From NCBI GenBank assembly GCA_946965045.2, contig OX337236.1, forward strand, positions 1,240,001-1,304,000: a stretch of DNA of 64,000 bases. The letters run 5' to 3'. The notes beneath the pieces are model-generated. The model saw only the letters and a program-made list of their open reading frames with translations, made no database searches and was not told where the DNA came from. Positions 54,892-64,000 of this stretch are shown here, one piece after another. Source of the DNA: Epithemia pelagica (Eukaryota; Protista; Bacillariophyta). Positions within the stretch are counted from its first letter, which is position 1. Each line of letters starts with the position of its first letter. The position numbers were made by a program, and so were the translations under genes.

Positions 54892-55795
54892 AGATGCTGC
54901 CCGTTGTCGTAACAGGAACTTTTGTTTTGAAAAGCCGTCGATATTCGTCGAATGACGTTAAAGCAATTCAGTGAAGAATGAACACCAGATTCTGTTTGAA
55001 GCAAGAACTGCTTTCCTTTTTGTTCCATATCTAACCAAGTGATTAGATTGTTCCTCATGGCAGGATGGGGCACTTTACAAAAAAATCTGATGATAATCGT
55101 CCCTCCTATGACCTTAGACTCCCTACAGAAAACAAAACGATTTAAACGTCGCGTTTCCATGTACCATGTACCTTAGACCATCGTTCACGGTGTCATGAAA
55201 GCATGCTCCGTTTACATGGACTACGAAAGGTTGCATCCGCGTAATCCCTGAACCTGCTAGATATAAAAGTTTGTATTCTTCTTAATTGTACCAGGCTTTC
55301 TTCTTAAGAGCCATGTTCGACTATCTTTCTCTCAACATACACGATCTTCCATTATGTGTCGATACATAAACAGCCGCAACGGGGCCTTCGATCATCTTAG
55401 CCCACCTGGATAAGTTCTCAAACATCTCCTCAATGTTTCGTTTGGAAGAGTCACCCAAATCATTCATCCAAGTGCCGGCCGCGTAAGAAAGCCTTGGAGA
55501 TTCACATCAGTTTGATAGATATGCAAGCCGTTGTCCTGACGGCCTAAAACGAGATTATTTACCTATCATCTGTAACGAACACTCAAAATGAATCTACTAT
55601 GTGCACACGGACGGTATCTTGAAACTTGAAAAGGATATGTTCAGTACGCGAGAAGAAAGGACCATTTTACGACCTTTGTCGTACGGTTCGTCGAGTGGAG
55701 TAAAGAAGCGTCACTGATTTTCACCCTCCGCAACTTGAAATCAAGCGACGATTCATAGTGTCCTCACGTACGTTATCCCTGGTGCTTCGATTGCT

Positions 55796-57561
55796 CTAGC
55801 CCATCGCCTCGACGCTTCTTTGAACCTGCGTTGTCAACTCTGCTTCTCCGCTCGTTTCCTGTTTCTCGTACTCTTCAATAAAGCAATTGCACAAACTCAA
55901 GTTCAAACTGTTCATAGGCCATGACAAAGTTAAAGTGGTGTGTTAGTCATTCAAGACCAGCTTTCTCCGTCCCCCTTTGAATTGACTTACAATGTTGTGG
56001 GAGAAAGAGCAAGTAGTGCGACGCTGATCACCACCATGGAACTGTATGTCACTAGTTCTGGTACGACACTCCCAGGATCGCCGGCCATTTCGATACTCTG
56101 GCCAACCAAAGCTTGAATGTCACGAGGAATGATCTGTGTTCCAAAAAAGACAATGTTGGTGATACACAACCATGTGTGGAAACGCAAGGACGATAAGTAG
56201 AACTCAAAACCACCTGCTTCACCGTATAGAGATGATATCGTGCTGGGACTTTCTTCTTCCTCATTGGAGGCAAAAAATCGTTCCACCGAACCCACGAAGG
56301 AAGGAGATGACGTGAAACTTTTCATTTCACGAGGGACTTTAAACCGAGGAGGTAGTATGTGTACAGATTGTGCTTGTGCTCCATTTTCCGAAGCTTCCAC
56401 TAGAGCAGTTGTGGGCAGCATCATGCTTTTAATTTCGGACATTTTCCAGAAATTGGTCAATCCCCAGAGCACGGAAAGCGACACAATAACCACTGATGGA
56501 ACCAGAGCTTCCGGACTAGAGAAAAAGAATCCTGCCGAGTCGAGAGCATTGGGCGACGACGAGTTGACAACATCATGAGACAAGTCGACAGCGTTGGCCA
56601 GAGCCAGTGCAGGGACAAGAGGAAGCCAGGTCAGAGGGGATAATTCAACCAGTTCAAACAAGAGGTCTGAAAATCGTTCTTCCATGACTGGCTTGACCCT
56701 TGTATTCTCTGATATACTGCCTTGTTCCACCAAGTACGATCGAATTAAAAGACTCTGGCCGTTTCGCTTTTCCGTAGATAGCTTGAGCTCTTCCCAGACA
56801 GTCGTTCGTGGAATCAAACTCAACATTTCATCGTCGGTATACGGTGTAGCCTTTGAAGGCAGCGACGGTGCATCCATAAATGCAGCAATTCGGCTCGGTG
56901 AGGCAGTACAAGATCCATCGCCCGGGTCAAGACCAATTTCTTCCAGACCGTTGAGGCGATCCATGTTCTTCAAAGACACGGCAACTTGGTATCCGGCCGC
57001 AAAAAAGAACGCTATTCCCACTTGAAAGAATGCCGTATGAAGAAATTCAAAGGATTCCAACAGTATTTCTTCTTCGCCAAGGTATTTTTCAGAGAGCTCT
57101 CCGAGCACAGGTTCGAATGGATGAACCAGAACTTGAAGAAACAGGCCAATAAATCCCAGACCAGCGACTTCGGCCCACATTTTTTCAAAAACGGGCTGGA
57201 ACGTTTGTGGAAGCGTTTCTCGTACCGTTTCGACAAAGGATTCCCAAGCGTAGAGCAGTGAAACCAATGTCAGCATAATGGACAAGGACCAAACGGCAGG
57301 AAAGGACAAAACGGTATCCAAAACACCGTCGGATGGAGCTGAATGGTGGGCAATGGCCGAGGATTCGAGCGACACTTTATCTGTTCCTACCGGCCCAGCA
57401 TTGTGACGAGTCTTCAAAGATTCATAGGATACAAACGGAGCCATCGGTGTTTTTGTTGTTCGGTACGTGGTGCCCTGTCCACGGTGATGGACCGCAAAAT
57501 TGGGATGGAAGCCATGAGCACAGGAGGCCAAAAGTACCGCAACCACCATTCCTAGCCTCAT
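55796..57561 (-). CDS. MLO-like multi-pass membrane protein with bipartite-type N-terminus, 2 exons
   Basis: EKMWAEVAGLGFIGLFL and EFLHTAFF resemble the MLO TM2/TM3 regions. Intron 55908-55990 adds TTFLNLSLCNC...AMG-stop. Signal ends AHG|F. Confidence 0.65.
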
Positions 57562-57792
57562 CGTGGCTTTCAAATTCTTTCTTTTTGTCTTCATGCCTTG
57601 ATCTCTTTGGCCTCTTGTTGTTTGGGATCGACAATCAAGAGAGGAAGGCTTTTTCGGTCACCCATAGCTGTTTCTGTGATGTGTTCGTTGGAATGAAAAG
57701 TCTCGTGCGACTGCGCGGTTGCAGCACCTTCACGAAAACACGTACGCACGCGCTCGCTCCTTCTGCGACTGCGATTGGGCTGACGGAGTGAG

Positions 57793-59571
57793 ATGTCAGG
57801 CCGTCGTCCGTCAACGGGATCTTTTGGGGGTTTGGGGGCCATCAAGAAAAAACCATTCGAGACCATGGCGGAAGTACGGCAAAGTCCCAATGGCGGCGAC
57901 CATCACCCAGGATTGGGCCTTTTTGCAACCAAAGACTATAATGTCGGAGACTTCATCATCCAAAATGAATGCCCCTTACTTATTCTGACGCCCCAGTCGA
58001 AGGAGGAAGAGTCGCTTCTGGTCAATCTGTTGAATGCGTCGACTACTGGAGCAAAGAACAACTCCGAACCAAAACAACATCAAGTGGAAAAGGGGCAGAG
58101 AACAGGGTCCAATGACAAGGAATCAAAAGATCCTTCTGTATGGGATTTGATTTCTGTCCATGAATCAGTTTTGGAGGACAATGTTGGAAAGTTCAAAGGT
58201 ATGGTTCAAGCTGGCCTATGCGCGTGGAAAGCACTACAGAACAGCGACGAGTCTCGAATGGAACAAGTGCTGGAGCTTTACCACCCACAAGACGACACGA
58301 AGAGTGAAGTCGAGCAGGAGCTCCTTCGTATTGCCAAGCTGGCGCTTGAGTGCGTTGTCCGTGTGGTAAAGACGAATGAGAAAACCATTACCAAGGACAT
58401 GGAAACAAAGTTGCTCAAAGTACTTCTCATCTGGAGCTGCAATAGTTTCGAGGGTGGGAGGATATACTCGACAATAAGCAGGATTAATCATTCATGTAAT
58501 CCGAATTCCATGATTGAGGTGGCCACAGACAGCAAGACATTGGACAATCAAAGCGTTCGAGCTCTGACTGGCATTCGAGCTGGTGAGGAGATTACCATTT
58601 CGTATTTGGGATTGTTTCTTTATGCGGAACGACCAGTGCGGCAGGCTATACTCAAGCAAACAAAGCATTTTGTTTGTGAGTGCTCACGTTGTCAACAGGA
58701 GGTAAAAGACCCTTGCCTTGATACAGCTTCCTCCATACCATGTCCCATTCACCACCCAAGAGAACAAGGCGGTCGACAGTTGGATGAAGAGACCCAGTAC
58801 GATGATGATAAAATCGCAACCTATGTTTGTGGATGGTCGCTGGATCATCCTTCAAAATCATTCGTGAAAGATAATGCTCCTACTCCCCAGACGAAAAAGG
58901 AAATGAAGACGAGCGACGCAGATCGTTTAACAAATGCAATGGAACAGGTACGCAACAAGGTTGTCAAATTTCTACAAGGCAAACGACCACCGAACAAAAA
59001 GTTAAAACCTTCTGTTAGCAAGGAGGAAGAAGATGAAGATTCCGCGGATAAGCTCCTGCAGTCTGAAATGTTGGATCAGCACATACGGTTAGCCAGTAGT
59101 GTCATGGGAGCAAGACACTGGACAACCAATCTGCTCTTGCTATTTCAGCTGGATGATCTGCTTCAATCCATTCACAACGAAATGCTGCTGCACGATGAAA
59201 CGCCCGACTTTACGGTATTGGCTGAAGCAATCGACATGTTGCAGCGACTAGTGCACTTTGTCGACGGACTCTCGGTTCTCTCCAATATGGATCACAGGAA
59301 GGGCCATTTATTGTCAAGTGTCATGATAGGCACGGCCCGTGCCTTGGTCAGCCTGAGCGATGTCAAGAGCCAAAGATATGCCGTTGAATGGGTGGATCCT
59401 ATTCGTGACTATGTCCGTATTTTTGAATCCGAAGGATTGCAAAAGGTGGTGGATACCATCGCCAACGCATACAAACAGAACAACAGCGACACTCCAAATG
59501 AGGATAGCAAGCGACGTGCAAAAGATGCACCCAAAGAGCATGGTTCCTCCAAAAAGACAAAAAGAACGTAG
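57793..59571 (+). CDS. SET domain protein (SMYD-like methyltransferase)
   Basis: GLGLFATKD...GD.I, SRINHSCNPN, GEEITISYL and post-SET FVCECSRC. Confidence 0.9.
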   Translation: MSGRRPSTGSFGGLGAIKKKPFETMAEVRQSPNGGDHHPGLGLFATKDYNVGDFIIQNECPLLILTPQSKEEESLLVNLLNASTTGAKNNSEPKQHQVEKGQRTGSNDKESKDPSVWDLISVHESVLEDNVGKFKGMVQAGLCAWKALQNSDESRMEQVLELYHPQDDTKSEVEQELLRIAKLALECVVRVVKTNEKTITKDMETKLLKVLLIWSCNSFEGGRIYSTISRINHSCNPNSMIEVATDSKTLDNQSVRALTGIRAGEEITISYLGLFLYAERPVRQAILKQTKHFVCECSRCQQEVKDPCLDTASSIPCPIHHPREQGGRQLDEETQYDDDKIATYVCGWSLDHPSKSFVKDNAPTPQTKKEMKTSDADRLTNAMEQVRNKVVKFLQGKRPPNKKLKPSVSKEEEDEDSADKLLQSEMLDQHIRLASSVMGARHWTTNLLLLFQLDDLLQSIHNEMLLHDETPDFTVLAEAIDMLQRLVHFVDGLSVLSNMDHRKGHLLSSVMIGTARALVSLSDVKSQRYAVEWVDPIRDYVRIFESEGLQKVVDTIANAYKQNNSDTPNEDSKRRAKDAPKEHGSSKKTKRT

Positions 59572-59865
59572 TTCTGGCCACAAGAAGGAGGACGTACATA
59601 CCAGCCATCAAAGAATGAGACAACCACTAGTACTAAAACAGCGCTTCTTCACGCAAGAAAGGAAGAACCGCATCAGAGTGGAAATTCATTGATGGTTTGG
59701 GCAGGACAATCAATGACATTGCTGTCTTCTCAGTACACAGCATCTATTCATTTATTCTGGTGAAAATTATCTATCTGGGTGGCTGGGTTTTCCGGTTGAG
59801 TCTCCAGAACCACAGTACATTCACAATGTGTCCAGTACAATGTATCTCCTCCCCAGTCCTCTATC

Positions 59866-62800
59866 CTAAAGCAGAATCAACCGATTCGTTTGAACTAGCG
59901 CGTCACCAGCTGCCTGTGTTTGTGGGTGTTTGTCTCCCAACTGAGTTCGGAAGCCACTAGAAGCCTCCTGATACAAAATCTGGGCTCCCCACAACTTTCC
60001 TTGACAACGTAACAGTTCCGCAAGTTGGATGGTCGACTTGAGAGTGTCTACATGATGCTTGCCTAACAACTTTTGTCGTATAGTCAACGCACCACGAACT
60101 AGGCCCTCCGATGCCTCCAGCTTGCTCTGATCTTTCATTAATTGTGCCAGCCTATCGACGCAGAGCAGTGTATCAGGATGTTCTGAACCCATCTGTGCAC
60201 GCCGTCCGCATAGTTCCTCATGACAAAGGTCAGAGGCCTCCTTGAACTTGCCTTGCTTTTTCAATAGGCCGGAAAGATGCTGCATTGTGTTGAGCGTGGC
60301 TGGGTGGTGACCGCCCATCTTTCGCCTTTTGCACTTTAGTGCTTCATGAAAAAAGACCTCTGCTTCCGCCATCTTTTTACCGCTTTTCAAATGAAAAGCG
60401 AGGTTTTCGATGGAAGTCATGGTACTGGTGTCATACTCTCCTAGTAGCACTTTCTTCAACTCAACTTCTTGGCGAAGGATGGCCTTTGTTTCATCATTTT
60501 TCCGTAGGTTCCTCAAGAGCACGGAAAGAGTGCAAAGAGCATTCAGAGTTTCCATGTGTTGATCACCATAAAGATTCCGCGTGAGATTCAACACCTCACG
60601 ACACAAAGGCTCAGCGTCAACTAGTTTGCCTTGGTGTCGAAGAAGGTCAGCCACAATTTTGATGGCCTTGAGTGTGTGCAAACTTTGGTCCCCAAATTCC
60701 TTCCGCGCTTCAAGCAGTGCATCGCGATACAAAAGTGTGGCGCGCTCTAAGTTCCCTTGCTCCCGAACAGATTGAGCAAGGTTGTTCATGGCGATAAGAG
60801 TTGTTGGGTGATGGTTTCCCAAACGAGCTCGTCGGTCCGCCAGAATCAAGTCAAAAAGCGGTTCGGCATCCTCCCATTTGCGCTCGTCTTTGAGCAAAAG
60901 GGCCAAATTCTCCATTGTTTGTAACGTCTCTGGGTGATCCTCTCCGCTTAATTTTCGGTTTAAATCCAGCGCCTCGTGATACAGAATCTCGGCTTCACTC
61001 AGTTGATCTTGATCTCTTAACAAATCGGCAAGATTCGTGATGGCGCAAGGCGCATCTGGGTGAGGAGAATCTGGATGTAGGCGGTACCCATCCAAGGCCA
61101 AACGAAAATGTTTCTCGGCGTCTTCCAGTTTTCCTCGTTCCTTTTGCAGGACAGCCAAATGATGCATTGAACTGAGGGTACTGGGGTGGTGACGACCCAA
61201 CTTTTTTCTGTGTCCATCCAAGGCTTGGCGACAGAGCTTCTCAGCCTCTTCTAGTTTCCCTTGATCATGTAACAATTCTGCCAGACTGCGGATGGAAACA
61301 AGCGTGGCCAAGTGGTGATCGCCCAGTTCCACACGTTGTTCTTGCAAAGTCTCACGGCAAAAGGAATCTGCTTCCTCCAGTCTACACTGTTGCTTGAGAA
61401 CAAACAAAATACTCTGGACCGAGTTTTGCGTTCCCGCATGCCCATGGCCCATTTTCTTTTTGTATCCCAGCAATGCCTCGCGAAACAGTTTCTCCGCTTC
61501 CTCAAACTGGCCTTGATCTTTCAAGACAAGAGCAAGATTCGTGATTGCCTTCAGCGTCTGCGGCCGGTAACTTCGCAACTGCATTCGGTACGACTGTAAT
61601 ACTTCCCGTAGCACTTCTTCAGCCTCTTCCAGTTTCTTCTGATCCTTCAGGAGTAATGCCAAGCAATTAAGTGTCTTTAAGCGCTGGTTTTCGGATGGAT
61701 CACTCTCCAATGCCTCTCGAAACAAGGGTTCGGCCTCGTTCATTTTACCATGGTCCTGCAGCAGCTCTGCCAAGTGACGTAGATACGCACAGATGCAATC
61801 AGACTTTTTGTCCGACGACTGCCGAACCCTTGGCAAGTGTGAGTGGCCAATGTCAATAATCCATTGCCGAAGTTGCCCAGCAATGACTGTTTTTGCGTTG
61901 GATTGTCCTCCTGTCTGTCGTATTCGGTCCAAAATGACTTTGTCCCTTGCTCCATTGCAAACAGTCTCGACAGACAGCGCATGCAAGTATTTCTGTACTG
62001 TTCTAAGCTGACGACCACTCTTGTCCAGAAAAGCGTCCAACAACCGAATTTCGACAAGTTCAGGTACCAAAATCGAAATGGGTGCATTGACTCGGGTGGA
62101 GGTGAAGATTTCCCACAACAGCTGGAGTGTTGGTCGTATGGCTGTTCCCAGAATTCCTGGTTCATCAATGCCGTGAACAAGAAGAACAGCGTTGTGAATT
62201 GTCTCAATCTGTTCCTCCCAGCCTTTCCATAGTATTGCTTCTTGGAAAGGTGATTGTGGACAATGTTCTGTCAGCCAAACCAATGGATTGACGCAGAAAA
62301 CATCCATCCAGAGAAACTCCGCAGGAGAGACGTTCTCTCGAAGTAGTTTGATAATATCATTCAGAGAAGCTTGATCTAAGTAGGTCACAAATCTTGTTGC
62401 ATTTCCCACTATGGGTGTCTCCTCCTCCGCGTGTTGTTTCGTGGTCGTTGACCATTGGTCTTTCAGTGGATTCAACTGTTGTAGTAACGCACCCCGACAA
62501 GGCCACCCTAAAGTATCCGGACTACTGTTGTTCGTGTCTGTCTCAGTCGAACGACGGAGCAATTCAATAGTACAAACCTTGCGAATGAACCACATGGGAC
62601 AACCAAACTGCCGCAATCGTTCCATATACGGTGATTCACAAAAAGTATTGAGGAACCAACCGACATGAATTCCCTTGTTCCGAACCAACAAATGGCTCTC
62701 ATCCACGGAAGACGGAAGATTGTGTAGAATTTGGTGCACCAACAAATGTGGATCTTGTGTTTCTCGTTTTCCTCCTGAAGAATTCCCTTGACCGGATTCA

Positions 62801-63159
62801 TTGTAAAGCCGCATGGCCAATAAGAGTTGCTCTTCCAGAGAAGCCCTGTGATTGTGAGCTTCCTGCCAGAGTTCAAAGGGTGACATCTGGGATCCTCGTC
62901 GGTGCTTCTCAAGGGCTTTGGAAAGCATGGGAGACCTCACAATCAGCACTATCACCACAGTAGCAAGGATTCCGACGGTGATTGCGACCAATTGGGTCTG
63001 GCAATCCTTTTCAACAAGACAGTCTTCCAGCCATATTTGTACTTCATCCCATCGCATGCCGCCTTCCGAGTGTGATGTTTCGTAGATCGCAATTGCCACT
63101 GCACTGGCGGCTGCCGCAGCCAGTGCTACACGCAACGACGGACGTTTCGATGTCGACAT
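59866..63159 (-). CDS. Degenerate HET-like domain + 15 x 42-aa TPR (kinesin light chain-type) repeats
   Basis: Fifteen repeats of LAxLLxDQGKxEEAExLxREAL...GxxHPxT. Upstream are ATRFVTY...FLWMDVFCVNP...WEIF. Two hydrophobic N-terminal segments. Likely start is ATG 63159. Confidence 0.85.
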   Translation of the reverse strand: MSTSKRPSLRVALAAAAASAVAIAIYETSHSEGGMRWDEVQIWLEDCLVEKDCQTQLVAITVGILATVVIVLIVRSPMLSKALEKHRRGSQMSPFELWQEAHNHRASLEEQLLLAMRLYNESGQGNSSGGKRETQDPHLLVHQILHNLPSSVDESHLLVRNKGIHVGWFLNTFCESPYMERLRQFGCPMWFIRKVCTIELLRRSTETDTNNSSPDTLGWPCRGALLQQLNPLKDQWSTTTKQHAEEETPIVGNATRFVTYLDQASLNDIIKLLRENVSPAEFLWMDVFCVNPLVWLTEHCPQSPFQEAILWKGWEEQIETIHNAVLLVHGIDEPGILGTAIRPTLQLLWEIFTSTRVNAPISILVPELVEIRLLDAFLDKSGRQLRTVQKYLHALSVETVCNGARDKVILDRIRQTGGQSNAKTVIAGQLRQWIIDIGHSHLPRVRQSSDKKSDCICAYLRHLAELLQDHGKMNEAEPLFREALESDPSENQRLKTLNCLALLLKDQKKLEEAEEVLREVLQSYRMQLRSYRPQTLKAITNLALVLKDQGQFEEAEKLFREALLGYKKKMGHGHAGTQNSVQSILFVLKQQCRLEEADSFCRETLQEQRVELGDHHLATLVSIRSLAELLHDQGKLEEAEKLCRQALDGHRKKLGRHHPSTLSSMHHLAVLQKERGKLEDAEKHFRLALDGYRLHPDSPHPDAPCAITNLADLLRDQDQLSEAEILYHEALDLNRKLSGEDHPETLQTMENLALLLKDERKWEDAEPLFDLILADRRARLGNHHPTTLIAMNNLAQSVREQGNLERATLLYRDALLEARKEFGDQSLHTLKAIKIVADLLRHQGKLVDAEPLCREVLNLTRNLYGDQHMETLNALCTLSVLLRNLRKNDETKAILRQEVELKKVLLGEYDTSTMTSIENLAFHLKSGKKMAEAEVFFHEALKCKRRKMGGHHPATLNTMQHLSGLLKKQGKFKEASDLCHEELCGRRAQMGSEHPDTLLCVDRLAQLMKDQSKLEASEGLVRGALTIRQKLLGKHHVDTLKSTIQLAELLRCQGKLWGAQILYQEASSGFRTQLGDKHPQTQAAGDALVQTNRLILL

Positions 63160-63502
63160 TACATTTCCATGTTGCTTCGATGGCTTGATTGTACGAATGG
63201 TTGCGTGTCTCTTGTCAATTGAATTGTGTCTCAACGATGGGAACTGATTGAAGCTACCCCAACGCGACTAAAGGCGTCGATTGAAAATCTGAAGCGGTCT
63301 GGGAAAAACTAATCATAATAAAGTGAACCATTATCAATTTGAAACCACTGAGGATTTCCTTCCTCCCCTGAAGATCCAATCGATCGGGAGTCGTCAGTCA
63401 AGTGATGTGTCAAAACACCTCCAACAAATCACAACCATCGAATGTTGCTGTTCTCCGTCATCGTTGTTCCATAATATCAACGAAAGAAAAGGTGTGAGGA
63501 CA

Positions 63503-64000
63503 ATGACAAAAGTCATGTTACGGCTAACCTCTGTATCTCTCCTTGTGGTATTGTGGCTACCACGCATCTCGACATTCACGTTGCGACCGGTACCGTTGCA
63601 CCAACCAGAATGTTCCACCGTGTCGCTGGTGTCACTGGAAATGGGGAAAAGCCGCAAGGCTCGAAGGTCTGTGGACAAATCGAGGCCCAAAAAGTCGTTT
63701 TTTGAAGTCATGGATGATGCCGAAGGAAAGGGCTCCAAAAAGTCGAGTCCCAGTACAGCTACGGCTACCCAACAAGAGACGAGCAACCAACCAGCCGAAG
63801 TTGTCAACGATCCAGCCGAAGCAGCGCGACAAAAACAAATGGCAGAGGCACAGAAACGAATTGATCAACGACCGGATGTGTCTACTGTCGTTGTAGATGA
63901 AGAAACAGGTGCCGAAATTGTACAACAAGGAAAAAATGTCATGGATGTGGTCACACGACAACCTGTCAAGCTTTCTTCGTTGGGCCCCGAATATCGATTA
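63503..64000 (+). CDS. 5' part of a protein with bipartite (plastid-type) signal, runs off the window end
   Basis: ATG at 63503, signal ...LWLPRIST|FTL, and 166 codons open to base 64000. It is absent from the ORF track because there is no stop. Confidence 0.75.
   Translation, partial: MTKVMLRLTSVSLLVVLWLPRISTFTLRPVPLHQPECSTVSLVSLEMGKSRKARRSVDKSRPKKSFFEVMDDAEGKGSKKSSPSTATATQQETSNQPAEVVNDPAEAARQKQMAEAQKRIDQRPDVSTVVVDEETGAEIVQQGKNVMDVVTRQPVKLSSLGPEYRL

Noticed and set aside
1277-63961. The many antisense and alternative-frame ORFs in the six-frame track that overlap called genes
   Set aside because: They are shadows of real CDSs at this GC content and carry no independent motifs.
1-64000. CRISPR arrays, rRNA, tRNA genes and prokaryotic operons or defence islands
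   Set aside because: I saw no repeat-spacer arrays, rRNA or cloverleaf sequences by eye, and introns and gene content indicate a eukaryote. tRNAscan-SE or Infernal would be needed to exclude small RNAs.

Overview
Eukaryotic, gene-dense genomic DNA, most likely from a diatom. This is inferred from short GT-AG introns, bipartite signal-peptide+F targeting motifs, DUF6824-type proteins and a CoDi-like Copia element. The window holds about 30 protein-coding loci. Housekeeping genes: BRF1, RIO1, a KsgA/RsmA-family rRNA methyltransferase, NEMF/Rqc2, WDR33/Pfs2, a SET-domain protein, an aldo-keto reductase, a rhodanese and an ankyrin protein. There are three local paralog pairs and three retroelements. 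The most striking item is an intact Ty1/copia LTR retrotransposon (3719-9801) with identical 211-bp LTRs and a CTTGG target-site duplication. It has no tRNA-type primer-binding site. Instead the 14 nt directly after the 5' LTR are the exact reverse complement of a 14-nt segment inside the LTR, which is the geometry of Tf1-type self-priming. The element also carries an extra ORF upstream of gag. A 5'-truncated RNase H-bearing LINE (22375-23812) has a 17-bp TSD and ends in poly(T), not poly(A), on its sense strand; it sits 3 nt upstream of a start codon. A PD-(D/E)xK nuclease-kinase fusion and a HET-like+TPR protein look like conflict or immunity-type genes. All family assignments come from motifs recognised by eye; no database search was run.
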